Source: a virus
DNA length: 64,000 bases
IMG/VR virus record: IMGVR_UViG_3300017788_001394
Location: 1-64,000 of that record
Direction: 5' to 3' (one strand)
In this document: piece after piece, positions 29,933 through 40,622 of the stretch
Layout: every line of letters starts with the position of its first letter
Position numbering within the stretch: the first letter of the stretch is position 1
The notes under the pieces: generated by a model
The model's input: only the letters and a program-made list of their open reading frames with translations
Told to the model about the DNA's origin: nothing
Database searches by the model: none
Translations under genes and position numbers: made by a program

Positions 29933-30681
29933 CTAAATTGCTCTCGTATAACATCTACAGATCCAAACGCAATTATCGAAAGCTTGTATTCAGTAGGAGG
30001 TACTTGTACATCACTAGTGGATAAAAACCATGACGAACTATGCCATCTTTTAGTATCAAACACCATCATAGTGCCTAACTTCCATTCGTACACACTATGC
30101 ACTTTTAAATCTGCATACTCTCTATAATATGCAGTATCTTTGGGATTATATTTTAAAACATCGGGATCATAATTCCAAGCATCTCTGTATGGGAATACTT
30201 CGTTATTATCTTTATAACGCATCTCTCCTTTGCGATATATTAACTTACGTGGTATATTAGAAACACGATCATAGTTTACAGTGTAAGGTTGTTTACAATT
30301 CCATTCCAATGGAATAATAACACCAACTGTTAAATGGCAGTCATGCGTAATAACTCTCATCTCTTTTGGCTTCCAACTGTTTTCAAAACTTTCATAATCA
30401 GTGTGCAACCCTGCAGGCTCGCTTGATTTAAAATATTCAAAGTTCCAATCAAACGCCATCCCTAACTTATTACTGAGGTAATCAGAAAATACTGCTCTTT
30501 GATCATCAGTAAATCTGCAAAATTTGTTAACGTTGTTTGCTCCTGTGAATTTAACCGCTTCAGAATTCAGCATTCTTTCTGCATTTTGATTGTGCCACGC
30601 AAGGTCTATTTCTGTATCATATACTCCAAACGGAATTGGAGGGATATCTGATATGAAATTATATTCTTTGTTTGTAATCAC
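29929..30681 (-). CDS. 2OG-Fe(II)-type oxygenase-like protein
   Basis: LHTD...GTMMVFDTKRWHSS...K; paralog of 28089-28781. Confidence 0.6.
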   Translation of the reverse strand: MITNKEYNFISDIPPIPFGVYDTEIDLAWHNQNAERMLNSEAVKFTGANNVNKFCRFTDDQRAVFSDYLSNKLGMAFDWNFEYFKSSEPAGLHTDYESFENSWKPKEMRVITHDCHLTVGVIIPLEWNCKQPYTVNYDRVSNIPRKLIYRKGEMRYKDNNEVFPYRDAWNYDPDVLKYNPKDTAYYREYADLKVHSVYEWKLGTMMVFDTKRWHSSSWFLSTSDVQVPPTEYKLSIIAFGSVDVIREQFR

Positions 30682-31598
30682 AGTTCTTCTCTTTCTATTT
30701 TATTTAATCCTTTGTCTGTGCCTCTTTCGTCAAACACACCCTCAATTAAAAATCTCAGCGGTGTCCTTACACCAAACTGATGTCGCTTATTTTCTTCAAC
30801 GATCCAGCCTACATGTATACTGTCGGTTTCTTCTAAGTCGAAATCTTTACAAACTTTTGAATATAAATCACTGTAATTAGTCCACCAATAGTCCGTACCA
30901 AAATGCTGTATCATTTCGACTCCTAACCACATATCACTAACATTACAATAATCGAAGTCATTCATAATTGCGATAGGTCCGTTAACACGTTCTCTAGTAT
31001 AACGTATACCAATACGTTGACTGCCCATGCCGTATGCTTTACTTAGGCTTACACTCACACTGTGTATAGCAGGATGTGTTACGTCTAACTCAAAGTTACG
31101 ACACTGCCCAAACCAAGCGCCGTCTATGTGAACTGGTATGCTGTTATTATGGCAATGATCCAGTAACTTGTCAAACTCTGGCAAGTAACGTGTGGTAATG
31201 CAACTAGGATAACTTGCTACAAATACGTCACCTGCAGCAAGTTCTGAGTAGTGGTCAATTTGTTTAACGTTGCCGTCGGTTAACCGTCTATGATATTTGT
31301 ATTCCCCGTGGTAAACTGTAATGTTTTTTCCGTGCAAGCCGTGCAGCTCGTCCAGCTGCTGGGTGGTACCTAGTATTGCATCACGACGTTTAAATGTGTT
31401 TAGACCTATATATTTTACTTTGTTATGATTGTGTATCCATTGGTCAATAGTATCTAGAAATGTTTTTGTGTAACTGTGAGGATCTACAGGATAATTTTTC
31501 ATATCTAGCGACTGACGGAATTTAGTAAACTTAGACAAGTACATTGGTCGTTGTCGTTTGGTCCCTAACATTTCAAAGGTAATATCTTCGTATTTCAT
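30678..31598 (-). CDS. compact PLP-dependent (fold type I-like) enzyme
   Basis: HIDGAWFG, SVSLSKAYG...RIG; paralog of 20201-21055. Confidence 0.7.
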   Translation of the reverse strand: MKYEDITFEMLGTKRQRPMYLSKFTKFRQSLDMKNYPVDPHSYTKTFLDTIDQWIHNHNKVKYIGLNTFKRRDAILGTTQQLDELHGLHGKNITVYHGEYKYHRRLTDGNVKQIDHYSELAAGDVFVASYPSCITTRYLPEFDKLLDHCHNNSIPVHIDGAWFGQCRNFELDVTHPAIHSVSVSLSKAYGMGSQRIGIRYTRERVNGPIAIMNDFDYCNVSDMWLGVEMIQHFGTDYWWTNYSDLYSKVCKDFDLEETDSIHVGWIVEENKRHQFGVRTPLRFLIEGVFDERGTDKGLNKIEREEL

Positions 31599-31605
31599 TT
31601 AACAA

Positions 31606-32850
31606 TCACCAGTAGAAATAGTTGTTGGTGTCAAATTCGTCAAGCCATGGCCACAGTTTTCTCCAATTAGATCCACGCCGCATGTCGATATCATCCAATT
31701 TTGTTTTTAGATTTTTAATCTTGTAATAATCAACATCTTGCATGTTTGCAACCTTTTCAAAGCTATCAATGGAATTAAGCATTGTTGTATTTGTTGAACA
31801 ATTTCTCGCAAGTTCAAAATAATTTTTAAAATAATCTTTAGGGAAGATTTCTAAATGCATATCCTCTTGTCCGTCTGCCATTGATATGTTGTGATCCACT
31901 TCTCTTATTTTATTCCAGTCTGTTACTTTTTGACATAGAGTGTGCATAGTTGGCAAAGATAACGAAATAATAGTACCGTGAATCATTAGTTCAATTTGAG
32001 GATACTCGTGTAAAATTGTTAAAAAATTTTCTTCCCATTGCTGTAAATTTAGACCGTGTCTAATATACTCTTGCTGTTTATCCCAGCAATCAATACTGCA
32101 AACGATTTTAAATTTTTTAATCTTCCGACTGTCTAATAATTTTACTATTTTATCTAGTATAGATTTCATTTTATCATTTTTTACTTTTAAATTGGAAAAT
32201 ATAGCTACATTTGTATCTGGGCAAGGATAATTTTGGAAAAACTCTATGTTTTGCTCAAACTCGACTTGAAAAAAAGGTTCGCCCCCTAGTATGTGATATA
32301 CTGGAATTTTATGTGCATGTGTTTTCATCCATTCCCAATGTGCTGCTAACCGCAGCGGATAGGTTTTTCTAAGTTCTTCTAGTTCGGCGATTCCCTCAGA
32401 GTTTCGGTTAAATCGTCTATCTTCTGCTGCCCACAATGTGCTATACTTAAAATTACAGTAAATACAGCTCATGTTACATAGATTATTAAAATATACTTCC
32501 ACAAAAGTTGGAGTAACATGCACTGCTCTGTTATTTTCGTTAAGTTCTGGAGGAATATCTTCTATTAGATAAGTTGTATTGTTGTCAAGTCTATCGCTTA
32601 TCCCACCTGCATCTTCAATTTTTTTACAATATTCACAACCACCACCAGGCCACTTACCATTTAGCATATTACGCCTTGCGGCGATCTTTTTTTCAGTATT
32701 ATGAAAATTAGCATAATTTTCGTGTGAAAATGTATCTGGGTCTACCCGATGGCAACTGCTGGTTTCTCCTTCTAATAATCGTACTGTACTCCAATTCCAC
32801 TTGTAAAGACAAACAGGATTTGGCATATTATATAATTTTAAAAAGTCCAT
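31606..32850 (-). CDS. N-terminal twitch-domain radical SAM protein
   Basis: CLYKW...SSCH...CEYC; CNMSCIYC; GGEPF. Confidence 0.9.
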   Translation of the reverse strand: MDFLKLYNMPNPVCLYKWNWSTVRLLEGETSSCHRVDPDTFSHENYANFHNTEKKIAARRNMLNGKWPGGGCEYCKKIEDAGGISDRLDNNTTYLIEDIPPELNENNRAVHVTPTFVEVYFNNLCNMSCIYCNFKYSTLWAAEDRRFNRNSEGIAELEELRKTYPLRLAAHWEWMKTHAHKIPVYHILGGEPFFQVEFEQNIEFFQNYPCPDTNVAIFSNLKVKNDKMKSILDKIVKLLDSRKIKKFKIVCSIDCWDKQQEYIRHGLNLQQWEENFLTILHEYPQIELMIHGTIISLSLPTMHTLCQKVTDWNKIREVDHNISMADGQEDMHLEIFPKDYFKNYFELARNCSTNTTMLNSIDSFEKVANMQDVDYYKIKNLKTKLDDIDMRRGSNWRKLWPWLDEFDTNNYFYW

Positions 32851-33737
32851 TTTTCGGTCACTGCATCCAATTTACAATTACAAAATTCTTCGTTACATAT
32901 TACTGGCGAATTTGGCAGAGTATATTTATCTTTAAGAATATTTCCTAGCCAACCACCGACATTTTTAGAACAACGTTTGATTCTACCGTCGGGTGCAACA
33001 TACAGTCGATTCAGCCCAGCTTTGCATTTGTAGCCGTAAAATTTATTTAATTGTTGATCTACTACATTTGTAAATTTTATCTTTTCGTTGTCGAAATGTA
33101 AGTTTTGTGGTATTTTCCAATCTATACCAAACGGTTTCATTTGACTAAAATGACTATCTTTAATCCAATTACGTTGTTCGTCTGTGTACTCAAACAATTC
33201 TGGATGGTGAATATTAATCCTGGTCTGTCTCGGAGTTATCTCAACTGTTAAATTCTTAAGTCTTTCGTATAACGCAACAGCACGTTCATAGTTAGTAGGT
33301 AGTAGCATCAGTGTGCAATTTACACTTGCTTTGTCTTGCATGATTTCCACTGCACTGTAGAAATGATCGTCATCGGCAAATTCACTATGCCAACTAAAAG
33401 ATACAAACGCTCGCTGTGGTTTTAGGTTTTCCCAGTAACGTAGTGTACGTGAACCATTTGTGCCCCATTCAACAAATACATTCTCATCAGAGATAGCTTC
33501 TATAAACTCATGAAACTTAGGCCACAGTGTGGGTTCTCCGCCTAATATTTCAACATGAACATATTTTGTTCTTTTCTTTTGTTCTTCGATAAGTTTTAAA
33601 TAAGGAGTCCAGTTAGTAGGCCAATGATACTTGCCATTTCTATGAAAGTCACTGCAGTACGAGCAACTGAAATTGCATGAATTATGAATGAACATTGTGA
33701 TAATAGTGCAGTCTAAATTTTCATTTGTTATGTGCAT
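32838..33737 (-). CDS. radical SAM protein with C-terminal SPASM/twitch
   Basis: CNFSCSYC, GGEPT, CKAG...DG...RC...C...CNC; paralog of 23314-24426. Confidence 0.9.
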   Translation of the reverse strand: MHITNENLDCTIITMFIHNSCNFSCSYCSDFHRNGKYHWPTNWTPYLKLIEEQKKRTKYVHVEILGGEPTLWPKFHEFIEAISDENVFVEWGTNGSRTLRYWENLKPQRAFVSFSWHSEFADDDHFYSAVEIMQDKASVNCTLMLLPTNYERAVALYERLKNLTVEITPRQTRINIHHPELFEYTDEQRNWIKDSHFSQMKPFGIDWKIPQNLHFDNEKIKFTNVVDQQLNKFYGYKCKAGLNRLYVAPDGRIKRCSKNVGGWLGNILKDKYTLPNSPVICNEEFCNCKLDAVTEKWTF

Positions 33738-35091
33738 CGACCATCTCTTTATACTGTGGTACTATGTCAATTATATTTTGATCACGTATTTTATCTAATT
33801 TAAGAGTATGATTAATAAATTCTGTTAACCATTGCTCACTATAATCTTCGCTCATCATAAACTTAATTACACCGTTGCATATTTTAGCAAAATCTTTTTT
33901 AACATTGTCTGATAAATCAGTGATGTTAACCCACTCAATATAACTATCATAATGCGCCTTTAATTTTATTTTAATATCTAGCGGCAGCACTTTAATATTG
34001 TAATACTTAGGACTATGACACATATGATGACTAACAATTGGTCTTGCATCATCTATACTATTAAATCGATGTAGTCCACTTTCAGTTAATTTCCATTTCA
34101 TAAACTCGGGAAAATGGAATACATTAAACGGTGTAACAGTAAATGCAAACCATCCTTTTAGCTTAATACGGTCATTGCTATCTAACTTTTGCAAGTTTTT
34201 ATAAACTGCATCGAAATTAGCAGGTGTGCGTTGATAATTAAAAACTTCGCCTACGCCGTCGATACTTGCGCCAATCCTTACTTCTTTAAAGTTTTCCCAT
34301 AGCGATACTAACTTGTCTGGCATCATTGTTAAGTTTGTGTTGTATTCCAATCGCATATTAGGCGCATTACCGCTGGCAACAATACGTTCCAAACTTTCAG
34401 TGTGTTCGTCGATTATAAGAGGCTCACCGCCGACAATGTATAACTTGTGTGCATTGACTGCATACTTTTCAAAGTTGTGCCAGTACATGTTATTATTTTG
34501 AAACCAATCGTATTGATCTGTTGTCCAACGTCCTTTGGCATTTTTAACTAACTGTATTCGTTCATGTGTGTCTTTATAGCCAGTTTGATTGTATAGCTGC
34601 ACAAAGTCGTCGTACCATTGATGACTGTCAGTTGGGCCACACATACGACATTTTAGATTACAGAAGTTTCCGTAACGGATATCAACAAAGTTAATGTCCT
34701 GCTTAGTTACATCAAGTGTGCCATCTTCTTCAGTGATCTCTGCTGCTTTGTCGTAATCAATATAATCACCGAACCACTTTGCCCAGTCGTCACTTTCGTA
34801 TTCACGACGACTGCGTATGCCATTTATTTCCTCTTGACGACAACGTTCGCACTCAGGGTGCCATTCACCTTTGAGCATAGTTGCTCGAACGTCTTTGAGT
34901 ATAGTAGCGTTACGTGCTTCATTCCAGTCGTCACGACCAGCATTGTACGGTGTACCATCGTCCTTACGCATAATCCCACGCTGCGGGCTGTAGCTGTTGG
35001 TGTTACAACATATACGCAGGTCGCCGTTGTTACGTAAGTTTATACTGTTCCACGGCAATGGACAAAACGTACACTTCTTATCTTCACTCAT
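33721..35091 (-). CDS. N-terminal twitch-domain radical SAM protein
   Basis: CPLPW...ICC...CERC; CNLKCRMC; GGEPL. Confidence 0.92.
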   Translation of the reverse strand: MSEDKKCTFCPLPWNSINLRNNGDLRICCNTNSYSPQRGIMRKDDGTPYNAGRDDWNEARNATILKDVRATMLKGEWHPECERCRQEEINGIRSRREYESDDWAKWFGDYIDYDKAAEITEEDGTLDVTKQDINFVDIRYGNFCNLKCRMCGPTDSHQWYDDFVQLYNQTGYKDTHERIQLVKNAKGRWTTDQYDWFQNNNMYWHNFEKYAVNAHKLYIVGGEPLIIDEHTESLERIVASGNAPNMRLEYNTNLTMMPDKLVSLWENFKEVRIGASIDGVGEVFNYQRTPANFDAVYKNLQKLDSNDRIKLKGWFAFTVTPFNVFHFPEFMKWKLTESGLHRFNSIDDARPIVSHHMCHSPKYYNIKVLPLDIKIKLKAHYDSYIEWVNITDLSDNVKKDFAKICNGVIKFMMSEDYSEQWLTEFINHTLKLDKIRDQNIIDIVPQYKEMVDAHNK

Positions 35092-36488
35092 ATTATATCC
35101 TTAAAGATAGGAAATACATTTAAAAACTTATTATCCCAATTGCGCTGTCTGTTGACAAGCTGTATGTATTCTCGTGTCTCTGGCAAGCGTTCGCTCCAGT
35201 CTTCACTGTTCATAAAGTTAATTATGCCTTTAAATCTTTTAAGTCCGTACGGGTTATCCAGAAACTGTTGTTGCGTTATATTATTTTCTTTTACACCAGT
35301 AAATTTATTCCAGTTATCAGTTAGCCAGGGATAAAACTCTTGTTCATACTTCTCTGTGATTTGTTGTTTAACTGGCACTGGCAATACTTTTACGTTAAGT
35401 TGTGGAGGCCAGTACGCAAAGTGCATGTTAATACCTCCTGCGCCAAGTGGCCATGCATTTATCTTTTTAAAATCTTGTTGGGTTTTCCATTTAACAAACT
35501 CCGGCAAGTATGCAATGTTAAGAGCCATAATGGTTGTTGCAGTTGTTACTTCAACTTGTGGTGCAGTGTTATCTAATAAGTGAAATACACGTTCCTGATG
35601 CGTCCAAGTACTTGGATAACGTATATAATCATTTTGTTCGCCTAATGCATCTATGCTGTAATGAAAGCGTACACGTTTAAACTCTGCCCATAGATCAAAT
35701 AAATCATCTCGCCATTCGACACCATTACTGTTATAACGTAACTCTATATTCTTTGCATAGCCACGTTTGATACATTCTTCTAATAGATCATAATGTTCTT
35801 CGATTATAAGACTTTCCCCGCCTGCAAAGTATAGTTGATAAAGATTAGGCACTTGCTCGTACAGTTCATCCCAGAATCTGGGATTGTTTTTATGCCAGTT
35901 ATAACTTGCTCCTGTATCAGTGCCACGATTCCATTGACTAGTGCCAGCTAGCCTAGAATTTGTAATTTGCGGTATAATAGTCTGATGGTCTTTAATCCAC
36001 CCGCTACTATCATGTGGACTACACATTACACAAGCTAGTTGACACTTTGTTCCCATACGCAAATCAATATAACGTATTTTTGCAGGAATAGATCCATCTT
36101 CTGCAGTTTCATTTATCAATGATTGCATATCGTAACGATGACTCCAGTATTCGGTTTCCCAGTTACGCTTGCTTAAATGTCCAGCACTTTCTTCTTTATA
36201 ACATTTTAAACAGCTAGCGGGTTTTTCTCCACGCAACATCATTTTTCGAACGTTACGCATGTATGCGCTATTCCACGCATCACTTAGTGATGTGGTATTA
36301 AAGTTAGCAGGAACACCATCATCGTTTTTTACTACCCCAACTTCGCCGCCGCCACTTTTGATACTACTATCCGGATCTTGTACACTACTTGCATTACTAG
36401 TGCAACATGTACGCATTTTACCGTCAGGTCTACTGCTTAAGTGTAACCACGGCAACGCACAAAACGTTGGTGAGATATTAGTTGTCAT
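35088..36488 (-). CDS. N-terminal twitch-domain radical SAM protein
   Basis: CALPW...TCC...CLKC; CQLACVMC; GGESL. Confidence 0.92.
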   Translation of the reverse strand: MTTNISPTFCALPWLHLSSRPDGKMRTCCTSNASSVQDPDSSIKSGGGEVGVVKNDDGVPANFNTTSLSDAWNSAYMRNVRKMMLRGEKPASCLKCYKEESAGHLSKRNWETEYWSHRYDMQSLINETAEDGSIPAKIRYIDLRMGTKCQLACVMCSPHDSSGWIKDHQTIIPQITNSRLAGTSQWNRGTDTGASYNWHKNNPRFWDELYEQVPNLYQLYFAGGESLIIEEHYDLLEECIKRGYAKNIELRYNSNGVEWRDDLFDLWAEFKRVRFHYSIDALGEQNDYIRYPSTWTHQERVFHLLDNTAPQVEVTTATTIMALNIAYLPEFVKWKTQQDFKKINAWPLGAGGINMHFAYWPPQLNVKVLPVPVKQQITEKYEQEFYPWLTDNWNKFTGVKENNITQQQFLDNPYGLKRFKGIINFMNSEDWSERLPETREYIQLVNRQRNWDNKFLNVFPIFKDII

Positions 36489-37324
36489 TGCAAGTCCGTT
36501 CTTTTATAATGTCGGTATGCCCAATCTCTTTCCTGACACCACCAGCATTCTCCACACTCTTTAGTAAATTTTTCGGTTTCCATTGGACCGCCTTCGCAAC
36601 TACGAGTAAGTGCTAGTAAATCTTGTAGTATGCCTAGATTGTCTGCTAGCCAAAACGTCAAACGTTTGTCTGCATTTCTGAAAGGTTCATATTCACAATA
36701 GTATTCGTCGAAGAATGCAACAGTGGGACTGCCTTCGACTATAGCATTTGGCTTTGGATTATCTCTGTGTGATTCTAGACTACACGGAAAGTCTGTTATA
36801 GTTAACGATGGATTTTTTGTAGTACCTGTGTATTCGCAATATAGTAGTTCATCTGTTGCAGTATCAGGGTTATCCCACAAATACTTTGTTACATTTTGCC
36901 AATTTAAATACGACGATAACATATTTTGAGTATTAAGATAACTGCCACGATCTTGTCCGTTGACTATTTGTGGTATCCACCAAAACTCGGCACCACGCTT
37001 TAAACTGTCTTGTATATTAACAGAGGAAAATTTTTGTCTTACCCAATCAATAACTTTATCAGCATATGCGAATGTATCTGCAGCATCAAAACATTCATTA
37101 TCAGTTGTATTCCATTTTTTAATAGTCATTGGATATACTACTGCAGTTGAATTATTTTCACTAAGTGATTTTGCTAATAGATACAGCATCAGCGAGCTAT
37201 CGAAACCGCCGCTCACCCTGATTCCAAAGGTTTTAGCTGAATGATTTATATATACGTCACCGTAGGGTGTTTTTAAAATAGAATCCTGTGTATTTGATTT
37301 AAACATAATCGGAGAATCTTTCAT
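36485..37324 (-). CDS. QueC-like PP-loop ATP pyrophosphatase
   Basis: SGGFDSS PP-loop; C-terminal TRSC...CGECWWC..R Zn site. Confidence 0.7.
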   Translation of the reverse strand: MKDSPIMFKSNTQDSILKTPYGDVYINHSAKTFGIRVSGGFDSSLMLYLLAKSLSENNSTAVVYPMTIKKWNTTDNECFDAADTFAYADKVIDWVRQKFSSVNIQDSLKRGAEFWWIPQIVNGQDRGSYLNTQNMLSSYLNWQNVTKYLWDNPDTATDELLYCEYTGTTKNPSLTITDFPCSLESHRDNPKPNAIVEGSPTVAFFDEYYCEYEPFRNADKRLTFWLADNLGILQDLLALTRSCEGGPMETEKFTKECGECWWCQERDWAYRHYKRTDLQ

Positions 37325-38444
37325 TTAATGATAATAAGCTGGTTTGTCTTACACTGTCAAGTAGATTGTTATATTCTTTAAACTGACTGTGGTTGTGTTG
37401 ATTAAATTGTACACTTTTCAGTAGTAGCAGGATTTCCGAAACAACCGATCGAAAATCATCGTTAACGGTTGACAAGTATTGTTCAACATCAGAAACTGCA
37501 TGTAACAGATCATGCTCTAATACAGCACTTAAACTAGTATACCCAACTACGCTGTCACTAAACAAAACTGAAAATCTATAACCTCTGTCGAACAAACTTT
37601 TATACCACTCTAGCAAGGGTATAATAGAAAAAATATTGTAAGGCATTAGCACAGAATTAAAATCGCAATGCGATGCTAAATCTTTTTCGAATATTTTTTC
37701 TATATTATTTTTTACCTTTGCCCAACTAGCATTGGTTCTAATATAGTCAAATTCACGTCCAGTTGCATCAACTGAAAACACAATATGTATACTATTGAAC
37801 GAAGACATAATTTTTTGAAATCGTTTGTTTAAATTAGTAGCGTTTGTAGTGAATCTCAATCCTGGAAGTTTCTTCTGTGTTGTTATCATATTTTCTAAAA
37901 ACAGAATAACTTTCTCATCGATCGTTGGTTCGCCTCCTAGTATTTTTATTTCTAATAGATTTTGATTAGCTGCATAATTCATAAAATTGAGAAAATCTTG
38001 TGAGTTTTCGCTTTCGTGCATTAACCAATCAAGGCCAATATTGGGATTGTTATTGATCTCTGTTACCCATTGGCTGCTAAACCGGGGACTGCACATACGA
38101 CACTTTAAATTGCACTCATTGCCTGGACGCATGTCTAAATAATAAGGACCCATGTTGTCCGTTCCATAGATTAAATCCAATGGCTTGTTAACGTTTGCAT
38201 ATGCAATTTTCCAAAGTTTAATGTCTGATGTTAACCCGCTGCTTTCTCTGTTTTTGCAATAAGAACATTCATCGGGCCATTCATTTGCAAGCATTTTTTT
38301 ACGCATGCCTACAAGTTTTTCTCCTGTCCAAAAATCTCTAGCAGCAGAAGACACTTTTTCAGCTACGCAACACGGTGCGTAGTTCCCTGCGTGATCAGCA
38401 TACATGCCGATAAAAGGAGCGTAGCAAAGAGGAGTATTGGACAT
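37299..38444 (-). CDS. N-terminal twitch-domain radical SAM protein
   Basis: CYAPF...PCC...CSYC; CNLKCRMC; GGEPT. Confidence 0.9.
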   Translation of the reverse strand: MSNTPLCYAPFIGMYADHAGNYAPCCVAEKVSSAARDFWTGEKLVGMRKKMLANEWPDECSYCKNRESSGLTSDIKLWKIAYANVNKPLDLIYGTDNMGPYYLDMRPGNECNLKCRMCSPRFSSQWVTEINNNPNIGLDWLMHESENSQDFLNFMNYAANQNLLEIKILGGEPTIDEKVILFLENMITTQKKLPGLRFTTNATNLNKRFQKIMSSFNSIHIVFSVDATGREFDYIRTNASWAKVKNNIEKIFEKDLASHCDFNSVLMPYNIFSIIPLLEWYKSLFDRGYRFSVLFSDSVVGYTSLSAVLEHDLLHAVSDVEQYLSTVNDDFRSVVSEILLLLKSVQFNQHNHSQFKEYNNLLDSVRQTSLLSLNERFSDYV

Positions 38445-38474
38445 GTTATTAATACCAGCTTAACGTTTAAAAGT

Positions 38475-39158
38475 TTATTTAAATTGTATCAATTCAAAAT
38501 TTATATCTAACACTGTGTTGATATTTTTGTAACACACTGTTTCTCCAGTAACAGCTTTGATTAAATCTTTATTTTTTTCTAAATAAGAAATCATTTTTTT
38601 ACTGTAGTGTTTAGACTTTGACCATCCACTCACTGTGTTGGAAGCCCAAATTGGATAAATTAATTTCTTCTTTACAAGTTCTAAAACTAAAATCATCAAA
38701 TCTAAATCCTTGTTAAAAGAAAAGTCGTCAAAGATAAAGATTGCGTTTTCTGATAGGCTGGCTAATATTATTTCAAAATCACTAAGTGAAAATTCCCAAG
38801 CATCAAATCTTAAAACATCACCAATAACAGATGTGTTGTATTTTTCATTCAATGAATATTTAAAATTTTTATTTTTTTCTCTAACGTAGTTGTTAAAATC
38901 TATTTTATTATCGGGCCACCATTCAAAACCGGAATAATTAGTTTCTCGAAAATCCTCAACTAATTCAAATTCTAATTCGCTGCTGTTTAACAACTCGTTG
39001 ACAGTCAACGCCCAGCCTGCTGCGCCAGCTCCTACTTCAATTATTTTTTTAGGGTTATGTTCTTTTAATACAAAATATTCATAGAACAAATTATTGAAGG
39101 AGCCCATTGGTTTATAAAACTTCATGCAGTAGTTTAATTTATCAACAATATCATTCAT
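38475..39158 (-). CDS. class I SAM-dependent methyltransferase-like protein
   Basis: IIEVGAGAAG; later FIFDD. Confidence 0.55.
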   Translation of the reverse strand: MNDIVDKLNYCMKFYKPMGSFNNLFYEYFVLKEHNPKKIIEVGAGAAGWALTVNELLNSSELEFELVEDFRETNYSGFEWWPDNKIDFNNYVREKNKNFKYSLNEKYNTSVIGDVLRFDAWEFSLSDFEIILASLSENAIFIFDDFSFNKDLDLMILVLELVKKKLIYPIWASNTVSGWSKSKHYSKKMISYLEKNKDLIKAVTGETVCYKNINTVLDINFELIQFK

Positions 39159-40234
39159 TTAAATTGCTCCGCAAATGGATCAAACTCCGCTCCGCATTTC
39201 ATAGCACACACTTTTAATCTGCCAGTCTCATAACTAGTTTCGTGCCAAGAATCTTCGATAATATCAAAAATCTCTGTGTCAAACACACGTTTTAATCCGT
39301 GAATCTTAGCATTAATAGCATCTTTGCCGCCTGCGAAATCTATAAATTTCCATATCTGTTCTGTCTTAGGATCTTTGTTCCACCACTTGTACATACGGCC
39401 AGCAGTCCAACAACAGGGCAACGCTACTCCCTCTGCTGTAATAAACAAACTACCTTCGTCTTTAACTTTACAACGAATGGGAGTTTGTTGGTAGTAAGCA
39501 TCCATACTACCATATTTTATTTCCAACATTGATTGTTTCTTTAATGCACTGTTTACATACTTGTCGTCGGGCTTTTTAAGTTCAGTTGTTTGATTGCCAC
39601 GACGATCAATTGCTTGATGTGATTCTTTTTTCTTGCTGTCCTGCGTAATAAATCTTCCGGTTTTTTTAGCAACAAACTTTTCAAAGCCCATTGTTTGTGC
39701 TAGTTCTTCTGCTTCGTCTACTTGATGTTGGTTGTGTTCAAATATAAGGAAGTCCCATCGAGCTCTGCCGCCTGCTGCAATAAATGCTTTCATGTTACGA
39801 TAAACAGTATCCCAATTAACACCTTGACGATATAAATGATTTGTATCACGTAGCCCATCTACACTAAAAATAACTGTGCCTGCTCTTCCAAGTACAGCGG
39901 CAAGTTCTTGCCACCATTCAGTATCACGAGCACCTGCGTTAGTATTCATGCTTAACCACATGTTAGGGTTATGTTCTCTAAAGTATTTAAATATTTCAAG
40001 TGTATCTCGTGCAATAATAGGATCACCTAAATTGCCACACATATACATTGTTTTAAGTTGACCGATAAACTCTGGCTCAAATATACGTTTACAATCTTCA
40101 AGTGTTAGCTCGCTTAAATCGATATGAGGATTTAATGCGCCGCCGTTTTGATTGCGGTCACACATTGGACAACTGGCTTGACAGTTTTGTGTTACTTCTA
40201 AGTGTATGGTTTTTATGTTTTCGAAAGTGTACAT
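39155..40234 (-). CDS. radical SAM protein with C-terminal twitch/SPASM
   Basis: CQASCPMC, GNLGDP, C...LFITAEG...PCCW...CAMKC. Confidence 0.92.
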   Translation of the reverse strand: MYTFENIKTIHLEVTQNCQASCPMCDRNQNGGALNPHIDLSELTLEDCKRIFEPEFIGQLKTMYMCGNLGDPIIARDTLEIFKYFREHNPNMWLSMNTNAGARDTEWWQELAAVLGRAGTVIFSVDGLRDTNHLYRQGVNWDTVYRNMKAFIAAGGRARWDFLIFEHNQHQVDEAEELAQTMGFEKFVAKKTGRFITQDSKKKESHQAIDRRGNQTTELKKPDDKYVNSALKKQSMLEIKYGSMDAYYQQTPIRCKVKDEGSLFITAEGVALPCCWTAGRMYKWWNKDPKTEQIWKFIDFAGGKDAINAKIHGLKRVFDTEIFDIIEDSWHETSYETGRLKVCAMKCGAEFDPFAEQFK

Positions 40235-40259
40235 TCAAATATATCTACTTTTGTGTTTC

Positions 40260-40272
40260 TATAAATACTTAT
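40260..40272. promoter_or_regulatory. overlapping divergent late-type promoter motifs
   Basis: TATAAATA (+, 40260-67) and ATAAGTA (-, 40266-72) between divergent genes. Confidence 0.5.
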
Positions 40273-40292
40273 CTAAATTATAAAGGTACTTA

Positions 40293-40622
40293 ATGAATTA
40301 TTATCACATCTGGGCCGATCCTAAGGAAGGCGTCGAGGCTAAAGATTTTGCAGTAAAAATGCGTAAGTTCTTGGATCAATTGGTTTCGATGGGTCGTATG
40401 CATTCTTATAAATTAACTAGGATGAAATTGGGATTCAGGAGCATTGACTTACCAGAATTTCATGTTATAATGGAATTTAAAAATATGCAACAGTTAGATG
40501 ACGCAATGACTTCTGTATTAGAAGATGAACAAAACATCGAGTCTGTTCATGTTGCATTTAATCAATTGGTGGATAGCGAAACTATACATCACGCATTATA
40601 CAGGGATTATCCAGATGAGTAA
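40293..40622 (+). CDS. DUF6614-like protein (from memory)
   Basis: YHIWAD...LTRMKLGFRS..LPEFHVIMEF...HALYRDYPD. Confidence 0.6.
   Translation: MNYYHIWADPKEGVEAKDFAVKMRKFLDQLVSMGRMHSYKLTRMKLGFRSIDLPEFHVIMEFKNMQQLDDAMTSVLEDEQNIESVHVAFNQLVDSETIHHALYRDYPDE

Noticed and set aside
36485-40234. Complete 7-deazaguanine DNA modification pathway
   Set aside because: Only a QueC-like gene is present; no folE, queD or dpdA, and no rSAM is clearly QueE
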